Source: Marsupella aquatica
Taxonomy: Eukaryota > Plantae > Marchantiophyta
Direction of reading: 5' to 3'
Assembly (NCBI GenBank): GCA_973895155.1
Contig: OZ316894.1
Span: forward strand, 12,626,828-12,690,827
DNA length: 64,000 nucleotides
The position numbers were made by a program, and so were the translations under genes. Position 1 is the stretch's first letter. Each line of letters opens with the position of its first letter. Under the pieces are notes generated by a model, which saw only the letters and a list, made by a program, of their open reading frames with translations, did not search any database and had not been told where the DNA came from. This document shows, one piece after another, positions 13,437 to 26,713 of the stretch.

Positions 13437-15576
13437 ATGGCAGGAACGAGAGTGGAAAGGCCACCTGTGGCCCGCGACAATGTTGCAGCGAGAGCTCCGC
13501 CCGCCGCGAACACCAGGCGAGCTCTTGGTGACATTGGAAATCTTGTGGGTGCAATGGCAGTGAGATGCCACGTGAGTAAAGATGGCGCGATCAACCCCAA
13601 GCAAGATATTGTGACGACCTGGGGAGCTAAGCAGCGACGAACTGTGGTGTGTGGATCAGATGGGAAGGTTGAAGCGAAGACGGAAGCTGTCTCGGAGGAG
13701 AACAATGCTAATGACAAGAGTAGCAGCACAGAATGTGAAGCCGCAATTCCCCTCCCAGTTCCCGCTGGACATCCACCTCGTCTGAAACCACTCACTCGCA
13801 GTACCCGTAATGCTGCAGCGAAGAAAGTGCCCACTTTAACAGCGACGCTCACTGCCCGTAGTGAAGCCATTATCAGACATGACATCGAGATGATGGACGC
13901 AGAGGAGCATGTGCACAATATCGATGAGGGAGATGCCAACAATCAGCTCTGCGTGGTCGACTACGTGGAGGACATATACAGCTTCTATCGCAAGACAGAG
14001 GTATGGTGCCAGCACTTTCTAGCCTCTACATGAAAAGTGCGAAATTGAATAATTTTGAGTGCTGCCGCATTTGAGCAAAGCTCTTAACCAGTTGAAACTT
14101 GATACGCAGGTCCAAAGCTGCGTAGCTCCTGACTACATGTGTCGCCAAGGTGACATCAACGACAAAATGCGAGCGATCTTGATCGATTGGCTTATCGAGG
14201 TAGGATTCCAAAGTTTTCCCATGATTCGTAAACTTTTAGGATTCATGGCTCCAACTTACTCTCTGCGATATTCTTCGTTCAGACTCCACATCAGAAGACT
14301 GTCTGGGCTCACAGTCCCCAGCGACTGAATTTTCGAGCACTCATAATTTAGCCTTAGCCTTAACCATGCCAGCGAGACACTCACGCTCTTTTCCCTTTTT
14401 CTCTGCTGGCAGGTGCATCTCAAATTCGGGCTCATGCCAGAGACTCTGTTTTTGACAACTAATCTGCTAGACCGGTACTTGTCTCTTGAGAGCGTCTCAA
14501 GAAAAACTCTTCAACTAGTTGGGGTTACGGCTATGCTTCTTGCGGCAAAGTACGAGGAAATTATCGCTCCAGAGGTAATGATTCATATTCACAATGTTAC
14601 TTGACCAGCTCAATCTTTGCCAAAATCATATACACGGCGCTTTTTGCTGCCAGGCTGCATTCTGACGTAGATGATCACCTCTGAATATATGCCTGCAGGT
14701 CGAAGCGATCGTGTTTATCTCCGACGATGCCTACACCAGACAACAAGTACTGGCAATGGTGAGCACCTCTGACAACCGTAATTGCTCTGTTTCCCTATAG
14801 CAGTGCGTGATTGATTCAGTCTGGGATCGCCCTGTTACTGCAGAGGTTGATACCCACCTTAAGTCCAGTCCTCCTGAATCTTGTCACTCGCTATGATTTT
14901 CAGGAGAAGGCGATGCTCAACACGCTGCGTTTCAACCTCACTGTCCCTACTCCCTACGTATTTATGGTTCGGTGTCTGAAGGCCGCATCGTCTGACAAGC
15001 AGACAGAAACATTGGCATTCTTCTTTGTAGAGCTGTGCTTGACAGAGTATGTTGCGGTCAGATACTCCCCGTCTCTACTAGCAGCATCAGCTGTGTTCAC
15101 AGCACATCACACTCTACAAAAATCGCCATGCTGGACACCTACGTTGTCCCGCCATTCCGGATACGATGAGTCGGAGCTCAGGTTAGCAACTGCCTACGCC
15201 TCTTCTTCCGTGCCAATCTTGCTGCATTCTGCTCAGGTCAGGACCTACCGTAGCATAGATCATGAGCTGCAATATGCGTTCCAGGGACTGCGCACGCTTG
15301 ACGGTAGGTAAGCAATTGCCCTCGTATATAGTCTGCCATGCCAATCTTGCTGCAGATTCAGGTTAGGACCTACGAGTGCTTATCGAACGTTTGAAGCTCA
15401 TGAGCTGCAATTCGTGTCTCAGGGCCTGCGCACGCTTGATGGTAGGACTACACCAAAAATCGGCCGAGGCGAAGCTGATGGTGGTGCACAAGAAGTACTC
15501 CAGCTCCAAATTCCAATCGGTGGCGACCCTCACTCCAGCTAATTTAAGTTGCTTTGACTTGGGAAGTGAAGCGTAA
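13437..15576 (+). CDS. CYCB: Mitotic B-type cyclin, 6 coding exons
   Basis: Exons 13437-14000, 14110-14199, 14413-14574, 14699-14758, 14904-15181, 15423-15576, all GT-AG. Carries the destruction box RRALGDIGN, cyclin box [16 protein letters not shown] (HxKF B-type signature), [18 protein letters not shown] and [20 protein letters not shown]. Confidence 0.95.
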
Positions 15577-15919
15577 TCCAACACTTGCCAATTCGATTTA
15601 GGAAATTCAAGTAGCGGCACTGAACGTGCACAATGTTTATACTTTACGGCACTAGATGAACATTCATTGTCTGAGCAGTTTCAGCGATAATTAGGTAGGC
15701 CACAACATAGTTAAAAGCTCGAAGTTGCTGAGTTGGCAACCGTCCGCACCAAAAGCATTGTACGCTCTGTATTACCAATTCATTGCGCAATTAAATCTTC
15801 CTCTATTGCCAAAGGCAGCGAGGACAACGGATAGACACAAACTGTCTCTATTCTTTTTGCAAGCACATTACTTTCGTTCGTCCCACATTCAGCGAATTCG
15901 AAAGCTTCGATATGGTTTG

Positions 15920-15972
15920 TCTAAATAAAGTGGGAAGTCTAACTAAAGTGGGAAGTCTAACTAAAGTGGGAA
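15920..15972 (+). repeat. 18-bp minisatellite, about 3 copies
   Basis: (TAAAGTGGGAAGTCTAAC)n. Confidence 0.9.
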
Positions 15973-18900
15973 CCTACATCCACGCTTGCTTGCACTTGGC
16001 AGCAGCCTGGGAACAACTAATGCAAATTGCCGACAGACGACATAGTAGCAATATCGTAAAAATTTACGTACAGTTACACTTATCGGACATTCCACGCTGC
16101 TTCTTGGTTGTACTTCCGCTCGGACATTAACGTGTCTCAGGGAATTTGTCAACGGTCACAATTCCGAAGGCGACATAACGGTTGCATGCATGGGGGTGCG
16201 GGAGGCAACGTTCAAGACTGCCGACAAGAGCAGTCCTATCAACAGTCTACTGGCAATCTACTAACACGTTTCAGACATTGCTGCCACCAATTTTTCGAGT
16301 CAGGCTGAAAAGAAACACAACACCTCGCACGAAAAAGACAATATACTAGATTCCGTCAGACGTTCTCAACAACGGATATGATAGAAGTCACTACAATTAC
16401 CCATCAAATCCTGTGTGCAGAGTCCTTCTTTGCTGATCAAACATTGGTCACACGAGTTGCTACCAGTGGAGGGGTACCACCAATGTCTTGTCCATTGGGT
16501 CAGAACTCCGGGAAGCTTGGCTCGATCCCTTTCCACATTTTGAGATCCCAGCACAAATTTGCGTGTGGAGGCCACAGTTACCATAGTGAGCTATGAAAGC
16601 TATGAAACTCAATACTTTTCTGTGCTTGTGGTTACCAATTCCCAGAATTCAGCTAGAAGCTGACCAGTGTCCTGCTCCTGCAACAGAATATGTACGAGCT
16701 GGTCATTCATTCCGGGATGATATTATCTTTGTGATCGTCCATCATAAACAAGTGTGGAGCTACAGTCGTCATCATCTTAGGGAGGTTTCATCCCCCCTGG
16801 GCATTAATGACAGTAAACAAAGGATGCCTCACAGAGAATTGCTTGGAAGCCCTTCGGATTCCCAGAGCCTTGTTGATATCTTGCCCTTTGTGGTTTTTCT
16901 CTTAGTAATTTTCAGGGCATGCACGATCAAGAACCAAGATAGACTCATTATGAAGATTATTCTCTCCTTTTACTACAATGAACAAAAATAAAAAATAATT
17001 GGGACCTTTAAGTGTCTTAAAACTCCCTCTCACCAAAAGTGAAGTCCTGATGGACCTCCATTGGAGCACATGTCCGACTTATAACTTGATGATCTTAATA
17101 GTCATAATCATCAAGTTATAAGCCGGAAAAAATACAGGCCCTAATGTTTCATATTAACACAATGGAAATTTTTTCTAATAGAATTTATCCCTTGGCATTC
17201 CATGATGAATAACCAACCAATATGGTTAAAACTTCAATATCACTTTGATAAAAAGTGTAGCTTATCTACTCCTGGCACACTCTCAAAACTAGAAAATATT
17301 TAAATTTATGAACATCTTGTTACAATTAAATTCAAATTTTGAGAAATGTGGTCCATGGGAGCAATAATTCATTGCATCCCTAACAAACTTTCCTTGCTAA
17401 GTAAAACACTTTTTCCTTTTCTCTTTTCCTCACATCATTAAGAAATTGTGTCTCACCTACCCTCTATATCAGGATTCAGCACAGCTATTAATTGTGGGTC
17501 CTTGACACAGAATAGAACCAGGGTCTCTCAAGGTCACCTCCCCTTAGGGTGACTTGAGCTTTGGAAGCCAACCAGGTCCCCTTACTTCCACTCACTTTGC
17601 CAACATAGTGCTTTCCCCTGTCACATGCTCACTAGTCTGTGTAGCATGGGGTATATCATCAACATCTTCTTGATGGCCAAGTGAATGTGGTTCTGAATAT
17701 ATGTCTGGGGACCTGCGGCCAACCCAGGACCAGCTTTGCTTTTTTATGTTTTGGTCCACAACCAAATGGTTTGATTGGGGGCTATGTGGGGGCTTAAAAG
17801 GTCAATTGTATGTGCTCTCTTAGTACATGTAGACAGTGGAACATTGATCATAAGGAAGTCAATCTTGCGGTTCTCAAACAAAGTTTGAGATCAAAAATAA
17901 TTTCCCAACTTAGTGTTTGGGTCAATATGATTTTCAAGGCATTGTATGCCATAATCCCCTCAAAACAAGAAGTTGAATTTTAGTGAGCGGCTATAACCCA
18001 TTATGCATTGGTAAATGGACATTATTACATTAATAGGCTTAAGATGGTTGTACTTTTACCTATTTCACTAAAAGTAAACCCTATATCTTGAATGCCTGTT
18101 CTTTCAATAAATGCCCTCACACTTACAAAGAGTGAAATCACAAAGGACATTAAGAAAAGACTAATGTTAAATGGCACTACCCCCACTCCATTCCTCTCAA
18201 GGGTTGCTTGCTGGTCCATCTTGTGGCACTATGATAGTGATAGGGCCTGTCAACTGCATTTGGGACAATGGAGTACTACAGCAAAGCTGTAATATTGTAC
18301 TGTTTTCTTATTGTTGGTCTTAGTGCTCATCTCTAGCTTATGGGGTCTGACTTCCGACCAACTTCTCGGATAATGCCTTAGCTTCCTTCGCTAGAGAATA
18401 GTCGTGAGACGTATCTACCATTTGTAATGCCCTAAGAGACATCCACAACAAATGTTGGGATCCCAGTCGGGATGTCATATTATGGCTGAGTGAACATGGG
18501 AAGGACTTAGCCATGGCCTGGACTCAAGAGTTGCAGCACATGTGGACTAAGGCTCCGGGCTTGGACTTGGGAGCAAAAGCGCTTCTGGACTGATCTGCCG
18601 CGGCAAAGACAATAACCTACAGTGCAAGCTGCACCTGGACCCAAACATTGCCACGCCTGGACTTGCCTTCTAGCCCCGCTTGAGTAACGGTCACAAAGCA
18701 CGCCTAGACTGGCCACTAGACCCCAGCACTAATGTGGGCATACCATTTGGCCCCAAATTCCATTCAAGGACTCAACCTTGTTGTGATCAAGGTTCAAATA
18801 CCTACTAAGTGCACATAAGAGAGCAGGTTGAACTGACCTTTGTCTTACCCTCCGATTGGGGCCAAGGCTAATAGATCAAAGTTGGTACGGGGGTGGCAGG

Positions 18901-19710
18901 AGAGTATTGCAAGGGATGTACCCTAGGTGGCCATCAAAGAGCTTGCAATCAAGTTGACCATCCCCTTCTACCCAAGCTAGTGAGCCATACACTTATTGGA
19001 AAGCATTAAGTTGGCAATCCAAGTGGAAGTATGGGGAGGTTGGTTGCCTTCCCAAGCTCAAGTAAGCCTAAGGGGTGGTAACCTTGAGGGGCGCTAGTTC
19101 GGCTATGCACCAAGGACCTGTAGTCTATAGCTAAGCCTTCGCATCCATAAGGTCCATGGAAGATCAACTTTGTGCTACTGGATGCGTTGTGAAGCTTGAG
19201 ACCTAGGATGTAAGCCAAAGGTTTCCCTTGGGAAGGGAAGGGGACAGTGCCAAACACTTCAGGTGGCTTTACAAGAGGTCAGGGCACATGGCTTTTTCCT
19301 GGTCTCCAACACATGATCTTCGGTTGGGGAGAAGAAACTATTGTTCACTTTACAAAACCTCAGGGTCAGTTTCTTTCTAAACCTTTGCCAATCCTATATG
19401 TAATGGGATGGGGCTCAAATTTTGCTTATGTGGAGCACATTTTTGTCTCAAATTTTAGACCACCGCTCTTGGAGGTAGAGTCCATTCCTATTCTGGGTTT
19501 TCACATTAAAAGCGTGTCCACATGGCCTTCAACAGATCTTCTCTTGTGAGAACAAGAAAGCCCTAGCCAATGTATAGGGATAACAGAGGTCTGGTCTAGG
19601 GTTATCACCTGCAACCCTCTGACTAGAAAATGAGAAAAAGCTGACTAACTGCAGCTGGGAAGCTTTCCTAAGTTTCTTTTTTAGTTTTTTTTTTTTTTTG
19701 GGGGGGGAAG

Positions 19711-20650
19711 GGGGTTCAAGCTAGAACCCTGCCAGGACCTTCTTTCTTGGACAGAATTAGTGTCCAAAAAAGGTTACTTCCAGGCCCGGTTTGTACTTGT
19801 CGGACAAATAGGGCCATTTCGGGCGACAAGTGACATGTCGCCCCGGTCGATCCCAGCCGGGTGACAGGGTCGGGCCGGGAGGGTGTGGAGCCGGGCCGGG
19901 AGAAAGGTCGGGAGTTTGGCCGGGTTGGGCCGGGGGAGGGGCCGGGGGGGATCCGGCTGGCCGGGAGTCGGTTGGGAGAGCCGGGCGGCGAGGGAGAGTT
20001 GTGCGGGGAGGGCCGGTCCGGGGGGGAGAGCCGGGCAGGCCGGGCCGGGAAAGAGCTGGGCCGGGAAGGGGAGGCCGGGCTGGGACTACGCAGCCGGGCC
20101 GGGAATAGGCTCACTTAACCGGGGGAGTCCGGGACCGGGCCGGGAGGGTTCGGGAAAGTCTGGGACCTGGCCGGGAGGGGTCGGGAGAGTTTGGGACTGG
20201 GCCGGGGATGGGTCGGGAATTTTTGGTCCTGGTCAGGGAATATAAGGGAATATTGGACAAATAGGCGATTTTTGGGTAGACAAGTTGTCATTTGTTGTAT
20301 CGGACAAGTAGACATCTTGTCCTACAGTGGGCAATAGATTATGGGAATAACAGGTACCTCTGGAAATGGTTACACAAAGATTGTTTGCCTTCCATATAGA
20401 CATTACAAATTATGTGACTTTAGGTGAATAGGTGGAGTTGGGTGGAGTGGGTCCCCAAGTTGTGGCCTAGCGAATCATTCTAGCACCATTGGGTGAAGTT
20501 CCTTTTTACAAGACATTAAGGGCCGTAAAGTGGATTAGCTTTGGTAGAAAAACAGTCAAACTTCCCCGAAGGTCTTGTAAAGCCACCCTTACCGCACTCC
20601 AGTGTGCTTTTTAGGACTGGCGCCGCAGCACGGAAAGGATTTGCAGCTGC
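19711..20650 (+). repeat. Dispersed repeat copy 2, interrupted by a GC-rich insertion
   Basis: Homologous to 12456-12850 on both sides of a ~550-bp insert. Confidence 0.85.
19780..20326. mobile_element. GC-rich, G-skewed inserted element with a (GGGCC)n-like core; superfamily unknown
   Basis: Absent from repeat copy 1, where the empty site reads AAAAAGTTTACTTGTAGGCAATAG. Both ends carry GGACAAATAGG and GACAAGT/ACTTGTC motifs. No clean TSD was found. Confidence 0.55.
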
Positions 20651-20997
20651 ATATCATGACGTCGCAATGTCTGACTGGCGACCAGTCCACGAAGTTTTTG
20701 GCTTTGACTCGTGCCTTCTGGAAATCTCCGAAGTATTCCCTCCTCCCGTTCAGGTTTTGAATTCCTATCAGCAGCGACGCTACAGCAAGAGTGAACTGGT
20801 GCAACATCCCAACATCACGGTGGTCTCTCTCTCTGCGCCCTCCCGTTCGGGTTTTGGATTTGCATTCCTGCCTCTCGTCGAGCCCTTTCAGATCTACCCC
20901 GCATTTCTCGATCGAGGCGCTTACGCACATTTTCGCGCGGATGATGAAGTGTACAGAAGTTCTGCTTCGGGGACGTGATTCTTCGACAAGGTCATAG

Positions 20998-21015
20998 CAG
21001 CAGCAGCAGCAGCAG
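20998..21015 (+). repeat. (CAG)n microsatellite upstream of LC8
   Basis: Six consecutive CAG units. Confidence 0.85.
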
Positions 21016-21224
21016 TAGTACGAGAGGTGGAGCTTCTTCGGAGGCTGGCGTTCAATAGCTCTGGCTCTGGCTAGTGGATCCGACGTGTCTGCAGTAAGAT
21101 TAATTTTTAGTCTGCACTCGCATCGTGTTGGTGGCGGAGATTCCGTCGTCGGGGTGGACTGGCGGCCAACAAGGTGGCAGGGAGGCGCTCGATCCAATTG
21201 ACTGTGCGTGGGTAGACGGGAGTT

Positions 21225-22694
21225 ATGTCTGAAAGGTCATCGGTGTCGGTAGACAGGAGTGAGCTTAATTTGAACAAGATGCCGGGCGAGAAGGGCGGCA
21301 CGGAGAGGAAGGCGCTCATTAAGAATGCTGATATGTCCGACGAAATGCAGCAGGTCGCGATTGAATGCGCTACTCAGGTATGTTTCTACGGTATACCTAG
21401 TGCTGCTTGACGAGAACTCAAGATGAATCCACTATCCTTTTTGTGTGGGGATGCTGGCTGTCAGCTGATGTCGAAGCTTTGTCCGTGTTCTCTTGGTCGA
21501 CCTTGACTTAGATGACCCTAGCTGATGACAAGCGCACTTCACTTGGGCTCTGTGTTTTCAGTCGTACGGGAATGGCCCGCTCTTGAAGCAGCCGAACCCC
21601 AGCCCTTCAATCAGCTGAGCCCTAGTCATATCCAGCGTGTGAGTTTGAACACGTCTTTGAGTTATATCGATTCAGATGGACGTCACACTTTCCCTGTGTC
21701 AGCTCTTGAAAAAGACCATACATGGTTCTCTGTGGAATCACTTGGCAATGACACTAGCGTACGTGTTCCTATTTTTGGAGTACTTCACAGCAGTACGTTT
21801 GATTGGTTGATCTAATTCACCTAAACTACGCTTCGAATCCGACTTCGGTCTGTTTTGCTTGTCCTTTACAGAAGGGTAGTCTTAAGGGGACCCTGCCCCT
21901 CAAATCCCATGTACCGCTGTAGTTTTCGAGTGGCCAGTGCCTGAACTGTCTTAGTTTCATCGCTCGAAAAGAACACCTGGATGGCCGCTCATGGAGAAGT
22001 ACACTAAAAATCATTCCATGAATAAACTTTGTTTCTGAGTTTTGTTACTGGTTCACTATTTACTGGTTCATTTGAAGGATTTGTTGCGGAGTCTGATATG
22101 TATATCCTTACTTTGCTATTAGACTGGAAGTTGGAAATCTAAGGTAGGAGCTATTTGGTTTCAATTTGTGTGGTCCTTAAACTTGACAATTCGACCTTCG
22201 CCTAGTGGCTGATCATCATTGCCCTTCGCGTTACTGCTACGTACCCGTGGTGCAATTTGAAGGCATTAAATACCCACAGCGTGGAGAAGGACATAGCGGC
22301 ATACATCAAGAAAGAATTCGACAAGAAGTACAACCCGACATGGCACTGCATTGTAGGCAGGAACTTCGGTACGTTTCGATAGATCCTGCTGCTATGCATA
22401 TGCGGTGATCCTCTGATTGAGTTGTTTCGGCGTGCGAATGTTGGCTTCTGGAATATTCTCATGAGTGAAACGAATGCCGCAGGGAGCCTCTTGACCTAAT
22501 ATTCTTCACTTGTCTATTAAGCACCCAGCAGAAACCATGTCTGACCAATTTTTCCTTGAATAAAACGCTTTCGTCCGACATTAGACACTGACGTACTTTT
22601 GCATGTCACAGGATCATATGTGACCCACGAGGCAAAGCATTTCGTCTACTTCTATCTTGGACAAGTTGCGGTCCTGTTATTTAAGTCCGGATAA
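21225..22694 (+). CDS. DLC1: Dynein light chain LC8 (DYNLL/DLC1 type), 3 exons
   Basis: Exons 21225-21377, 22263-22368, 22612-22694. Spliced protein reads ...[86 protein letters not shown]. The start could instead be the second ATG (MPGEK). Confidence 0.95.
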
Positions 22695-25600
22695 TTTTCA
22701 CCTAGCTACAAATTTCGGGAGCATTGTGTGCAGAGGACTGTTCTTGTGCCAAGACATGCCGTTTTGTCGTTCTTATCAAGGACGACTTGCTTTACTCAAA
22801 CCCAAGTGGAGCTAATGAAGCAGCTTGTCCATTTCTAAAGGGCGGAAAAGTATTCCATACTCGATGTACAAGGACAGGCTATGGGTTTTCGAGTTTGGTA
22901 AGACTTTCAACGTAATCACATTTTTGTGGATTGGCTTTGTGGATGCCATGCCCATGAATTTCTCACCTCTGCGGCGAGTTGTCAATAGACCTCATTCTTT
23001 CTCTAGGTCATAGCTCAGTTGTGGATGTTTCCAGTTTCGGTTGCTTTGCTGCAAACGAAAGTACTCGATAGGTGGGTTGCTGTGCCAAGACCCCGTAAGG
23101 GACTGTTAGCCCTTCGTAATAATTGGTTTCAGTGTAGCAATCTCGGGCGGCGTTGTTTGCTGGAGGCGGCGGTGGATTATAGTCGCAGGGGTGTCCTTTC
23201 ATATTCCAGTGTATATTATCTCTTGGTAAATTACTCAAGTGACTAAGTCCGTGTCTTTGAGTAAAAGGTTGTTGTGAAAGCTCGTTTGCGGTTCACAATA
23301 GCCTCCGGGCGGTGTGTGACGATGTAACTGTTTTGCAGAACTAAAGCATCAGTCAGAACTGGACTTAAGTGTCTGGCGTTTAGTACAAACAATGTGGAAC
23401 GGCTGCACCCTTCCAATGGCTATTTTCAGTGTTTAAGCTCTTTGATGTCATGGGTTTTATGGTTTAATACATTTGAGTATTCTGTGTGAAAGCCGTTGAG
23501 TTTTTTCCATCTGAATTGTTGTGTTGGCTGGCCGGAGGAACTCTTGATATTGCTGAATGTCCTCTTGACGACGCTTTCTGGCGCATTCCTACATGGTTGT
23601 TGCGCTCGTTGTCTTGGTTCTCACTCGTGGCGAGCTACCACAAGGTGATTGGCTCGATCGTTTCTTTTGCATACGACCTGTCTAATAAAGGTTGTGGCCC
23701 TGATTCGTGGTCGGTTGGGGGCCATCAGATCTTCTGCTATCTACAGGAAGGCGAATGGATACATCTCTGTTTTAGGGGACCGAAAGGCTTGATTACTGAC
23801 CCAGTAAGCATAGCACAGAACTTTGCATTGTTGAAATGGTTCTGTGGCACACCCAAGGGACTGGTGACTTGTGCAATGGAACCCAATGAAAAAATCCCAA
23901 TGAAAAAATCAGTTGATTCGAGCTATTTGAGCTGACAGTGACACTCTGTTGCTAGGACGGTGATGATTCGGCCTCCACCTTGCAGAGAGGCAGATGAAGA
24001 GAAACACTGCTGAGGTCTTTATTTCTCTCAATAAATAATCCATTTCAGTAAAGAAGATTGAATTCCTTGTGCTAGTAATCACATGTCTCCTTGTAAGTAT
24101 CCGTCGTAGCATATCTATTCCACATCATTTGTCTTTGAAGAAATGTCCTACAATGACTCAACTGAACTGTCTGTCAATGTAAATTATGTTGTCCTTATCA
24201 CCACTAATCTCCATAATGTGCTTCCTCTAGTGCGAGTCTTTTGCAGAAGATTGTGATAAAACCTTTATCAGTTTGAGAACCTTGGTAGTGCGTGCTAACA
24301 TCAATCATCACAAAATAATTAATATCACATAATATAATGGACCACACACAAATTTGGAGTGATTAGAATGGGCTTCGTAAGATTAGAACGATCCACCATT
24401 TTTATGGGATATAACAGTGGAGAATTTAATTATCACGTTTCATTCGAGTATGTTTTTTTGTCTACCCTGATTTCTAATCTAGACCTATTGCAGTGTCTAC
24501 CAGGGTTGATATGTCAACTCCAGTCACAAACCATAAATATCTAAGCATTTGCACACAGACACAAAGGGTGGGTCTAGAGAATCAGATGGACACGATTAAG
24601 CATAGTGAAATCACCAAAACGAGCAAGGTACTCTGTAAAAGCTGTCGTGTGATAGGAGGATAATATGATATTTAGATTCTCACCAAAAAAGAGCAAAGTA
24701 CTCTGCAACTCTCAGTAGTGTTATAGGATGAGAATCTGATATTTTGATTGTTAGGCCGAGCACATTGTCAACCATTTGTCTCTATCCAGGCATTGTTTTC
24801 AGATTTTCCATGCAGCATATGGAATTTGATAACGCTGGATATGGAATTTGATCCAGCTATGATGGCCAATCCATTCCTGCCATGTTATCACAAATACACA
24901 AATAAAGTCAACCTTCTTTCACAAATACTGACAAACTAAAACACAAAGAAACTTTCTAAGAACATACACACAAAGAAAATCAGTAGTCTAGATAATTTTG
25001 GAGTGAGTTCTGTTTAGGGTTATCACCAATAACATTGTCACCTCTAATTATTAATATTTTTTAACATGTTAATTTATTTTTCAAAATTAGGGGTGACGGT
25101 AAAGAGTGTCATTTGGCTGAAAATCAAGGGCTACCCCTAATTAGTATGTGTGATACTAAATACTCTAAAGAGTGTAGTTGAATAGCATCAAGCTTAAATA
25201 ACAAAAGGGTCATTGAATTAATTTACACTACTGCTCTTGGGGTCCTACCTACTATACAATTATGAAGAAAATTGGATTTCTCAAACTTTTGATTGATTCT
25301 CATCCAACTAATTGACGTAGTCGCCTTAAGAGCACCTCAACTCCTTTCATACAATTTTTCATACCAACAATTTTTTGGAACTATCTGTTGGGTGGCCTGT
25401 CCTATGCATTAACAAGGTAGGGGGCATTAAAATTTTAGTTTTTGTTGTCCTCAAATGTGTCTATGCAACTTTTGCTTCTCCTCTGCACCTGGAACTCTTC
25501 CCTTCTCTTGCACTCTCCTCCCCGTCCTCGAAACTTGTGACTCTCCTCCCTGCCTACAGCTAGTGCATTGATTCTTCTTTATCCATTCAAAACTTTCACT

Positions 25601-26713
25601 TTGATCATATATGATTTCCATTGACAACACTTTCTCTTAACATCACTCACTTTCAATATTGATCACGTATGCTTGACAACAATTTTACTTGGCATCATGA
25701 CCATTCTCACAACACTTTTCCATATATAGCATGGCTAAAATAATGACAATTGCGCAACACACAAGAATATTAAACTACTACTTATGGAGATTGTGTCATC
25801 TCTCCACATCGCCATTTTATGAGAGAATGCAGAAGTTGGGGTAGAGTACTTCATCAGTTATCAGTTTTTTCATCCTTAATTTTTTTGAATCTCAGTTGAG
25901 TAGCTGAGATAGGCTTTTGCACCTTTGTGCATCTCAGCTGGGCCAATCTCGGCTGACCTCACCAAGATGGGTGTACAAATGAAAAACAAAATCCCCCCCC
26001 CCCTCCAAAAACAAACAAAAAAACCCAAATTTTCTATATAAAAAATATTCCCAAAATTACATGTCCGTACCATACGGGCACAACTAATCTCAGCTTGCCT
26101 CGCTGAGATGGGCAGCCAATCTCAGTTGGCCTAGCCGAGATGGGTGTCCATACGGTACGGATGGCCCATAGTGAAAAAAAATTCAACAACAAAAAAAAAA
26201 TCCTCTCAAATTTTGGAAAAAAATTTCAAAACTTTTTTCCCGTTTTTTTTCTCGCCGCAACTCGACAGTCTCTTTGAGATGATGTAGTATTGATATCAAG
26301 TAAATTGATAGAGATGACTGATAACTGATGAGGTGATTATATTCGCAGAAGTTCCACTCTTGAGTAAAGATACTTTGCATGAGAATCTTTCCTTTTGAAA
26401 TCTAAGTTCAGTTTTTATTGCAAGACCCATTGCAAGGCCCAAACTAATATTTCCCAATGTGTGCCATCTTCTTTGTCAAAGCTGATGGCACCAACATAAA
26501 GAGAGACACAATTGGAGCGATAGGCCACCAAACCTTAAAGGCAAATTTTAAGCAAAAGTACACATGGACCAATAGATGTTCATTTACTACACCTAAGATA
26601 CCTAGTACAAAGAAAGAAGTACATGCACATTATCTTTGGATCTAAGTTGTTGAAGCACTTGTGGAAATTGGAGTTCATAACATATTGTTACACCCAACCT
26701 TGTGATAGGGTTA

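Noticed and set aside
16300-17000. Short ORFs downstream of cyclin B
   Set aside because: No motif and no consistent splice model.
18230-19610. LTR-like segment with TG...CA candidates
   Set aside because: No matching TSD or PBS was found for any pair of ends tried.
19716-20315. Several overlapping Gly/Arg/Pro-rich ORFs
   Set aside because: They are artefacts of a stop-poor GC-rich repeat that is open in most frames.
20541-21197. 145-aa and 202-aa ORFs upstream of LC8
   Set aside because: They run through a dispersed repeat and a CAG microsatellite and contain no recognisable domain.
23486-24240. 149-aa ORF and opposite-strand fragments
   Set aside because: No ATG start and no recognisable family, so it cannot be supported as a gene.
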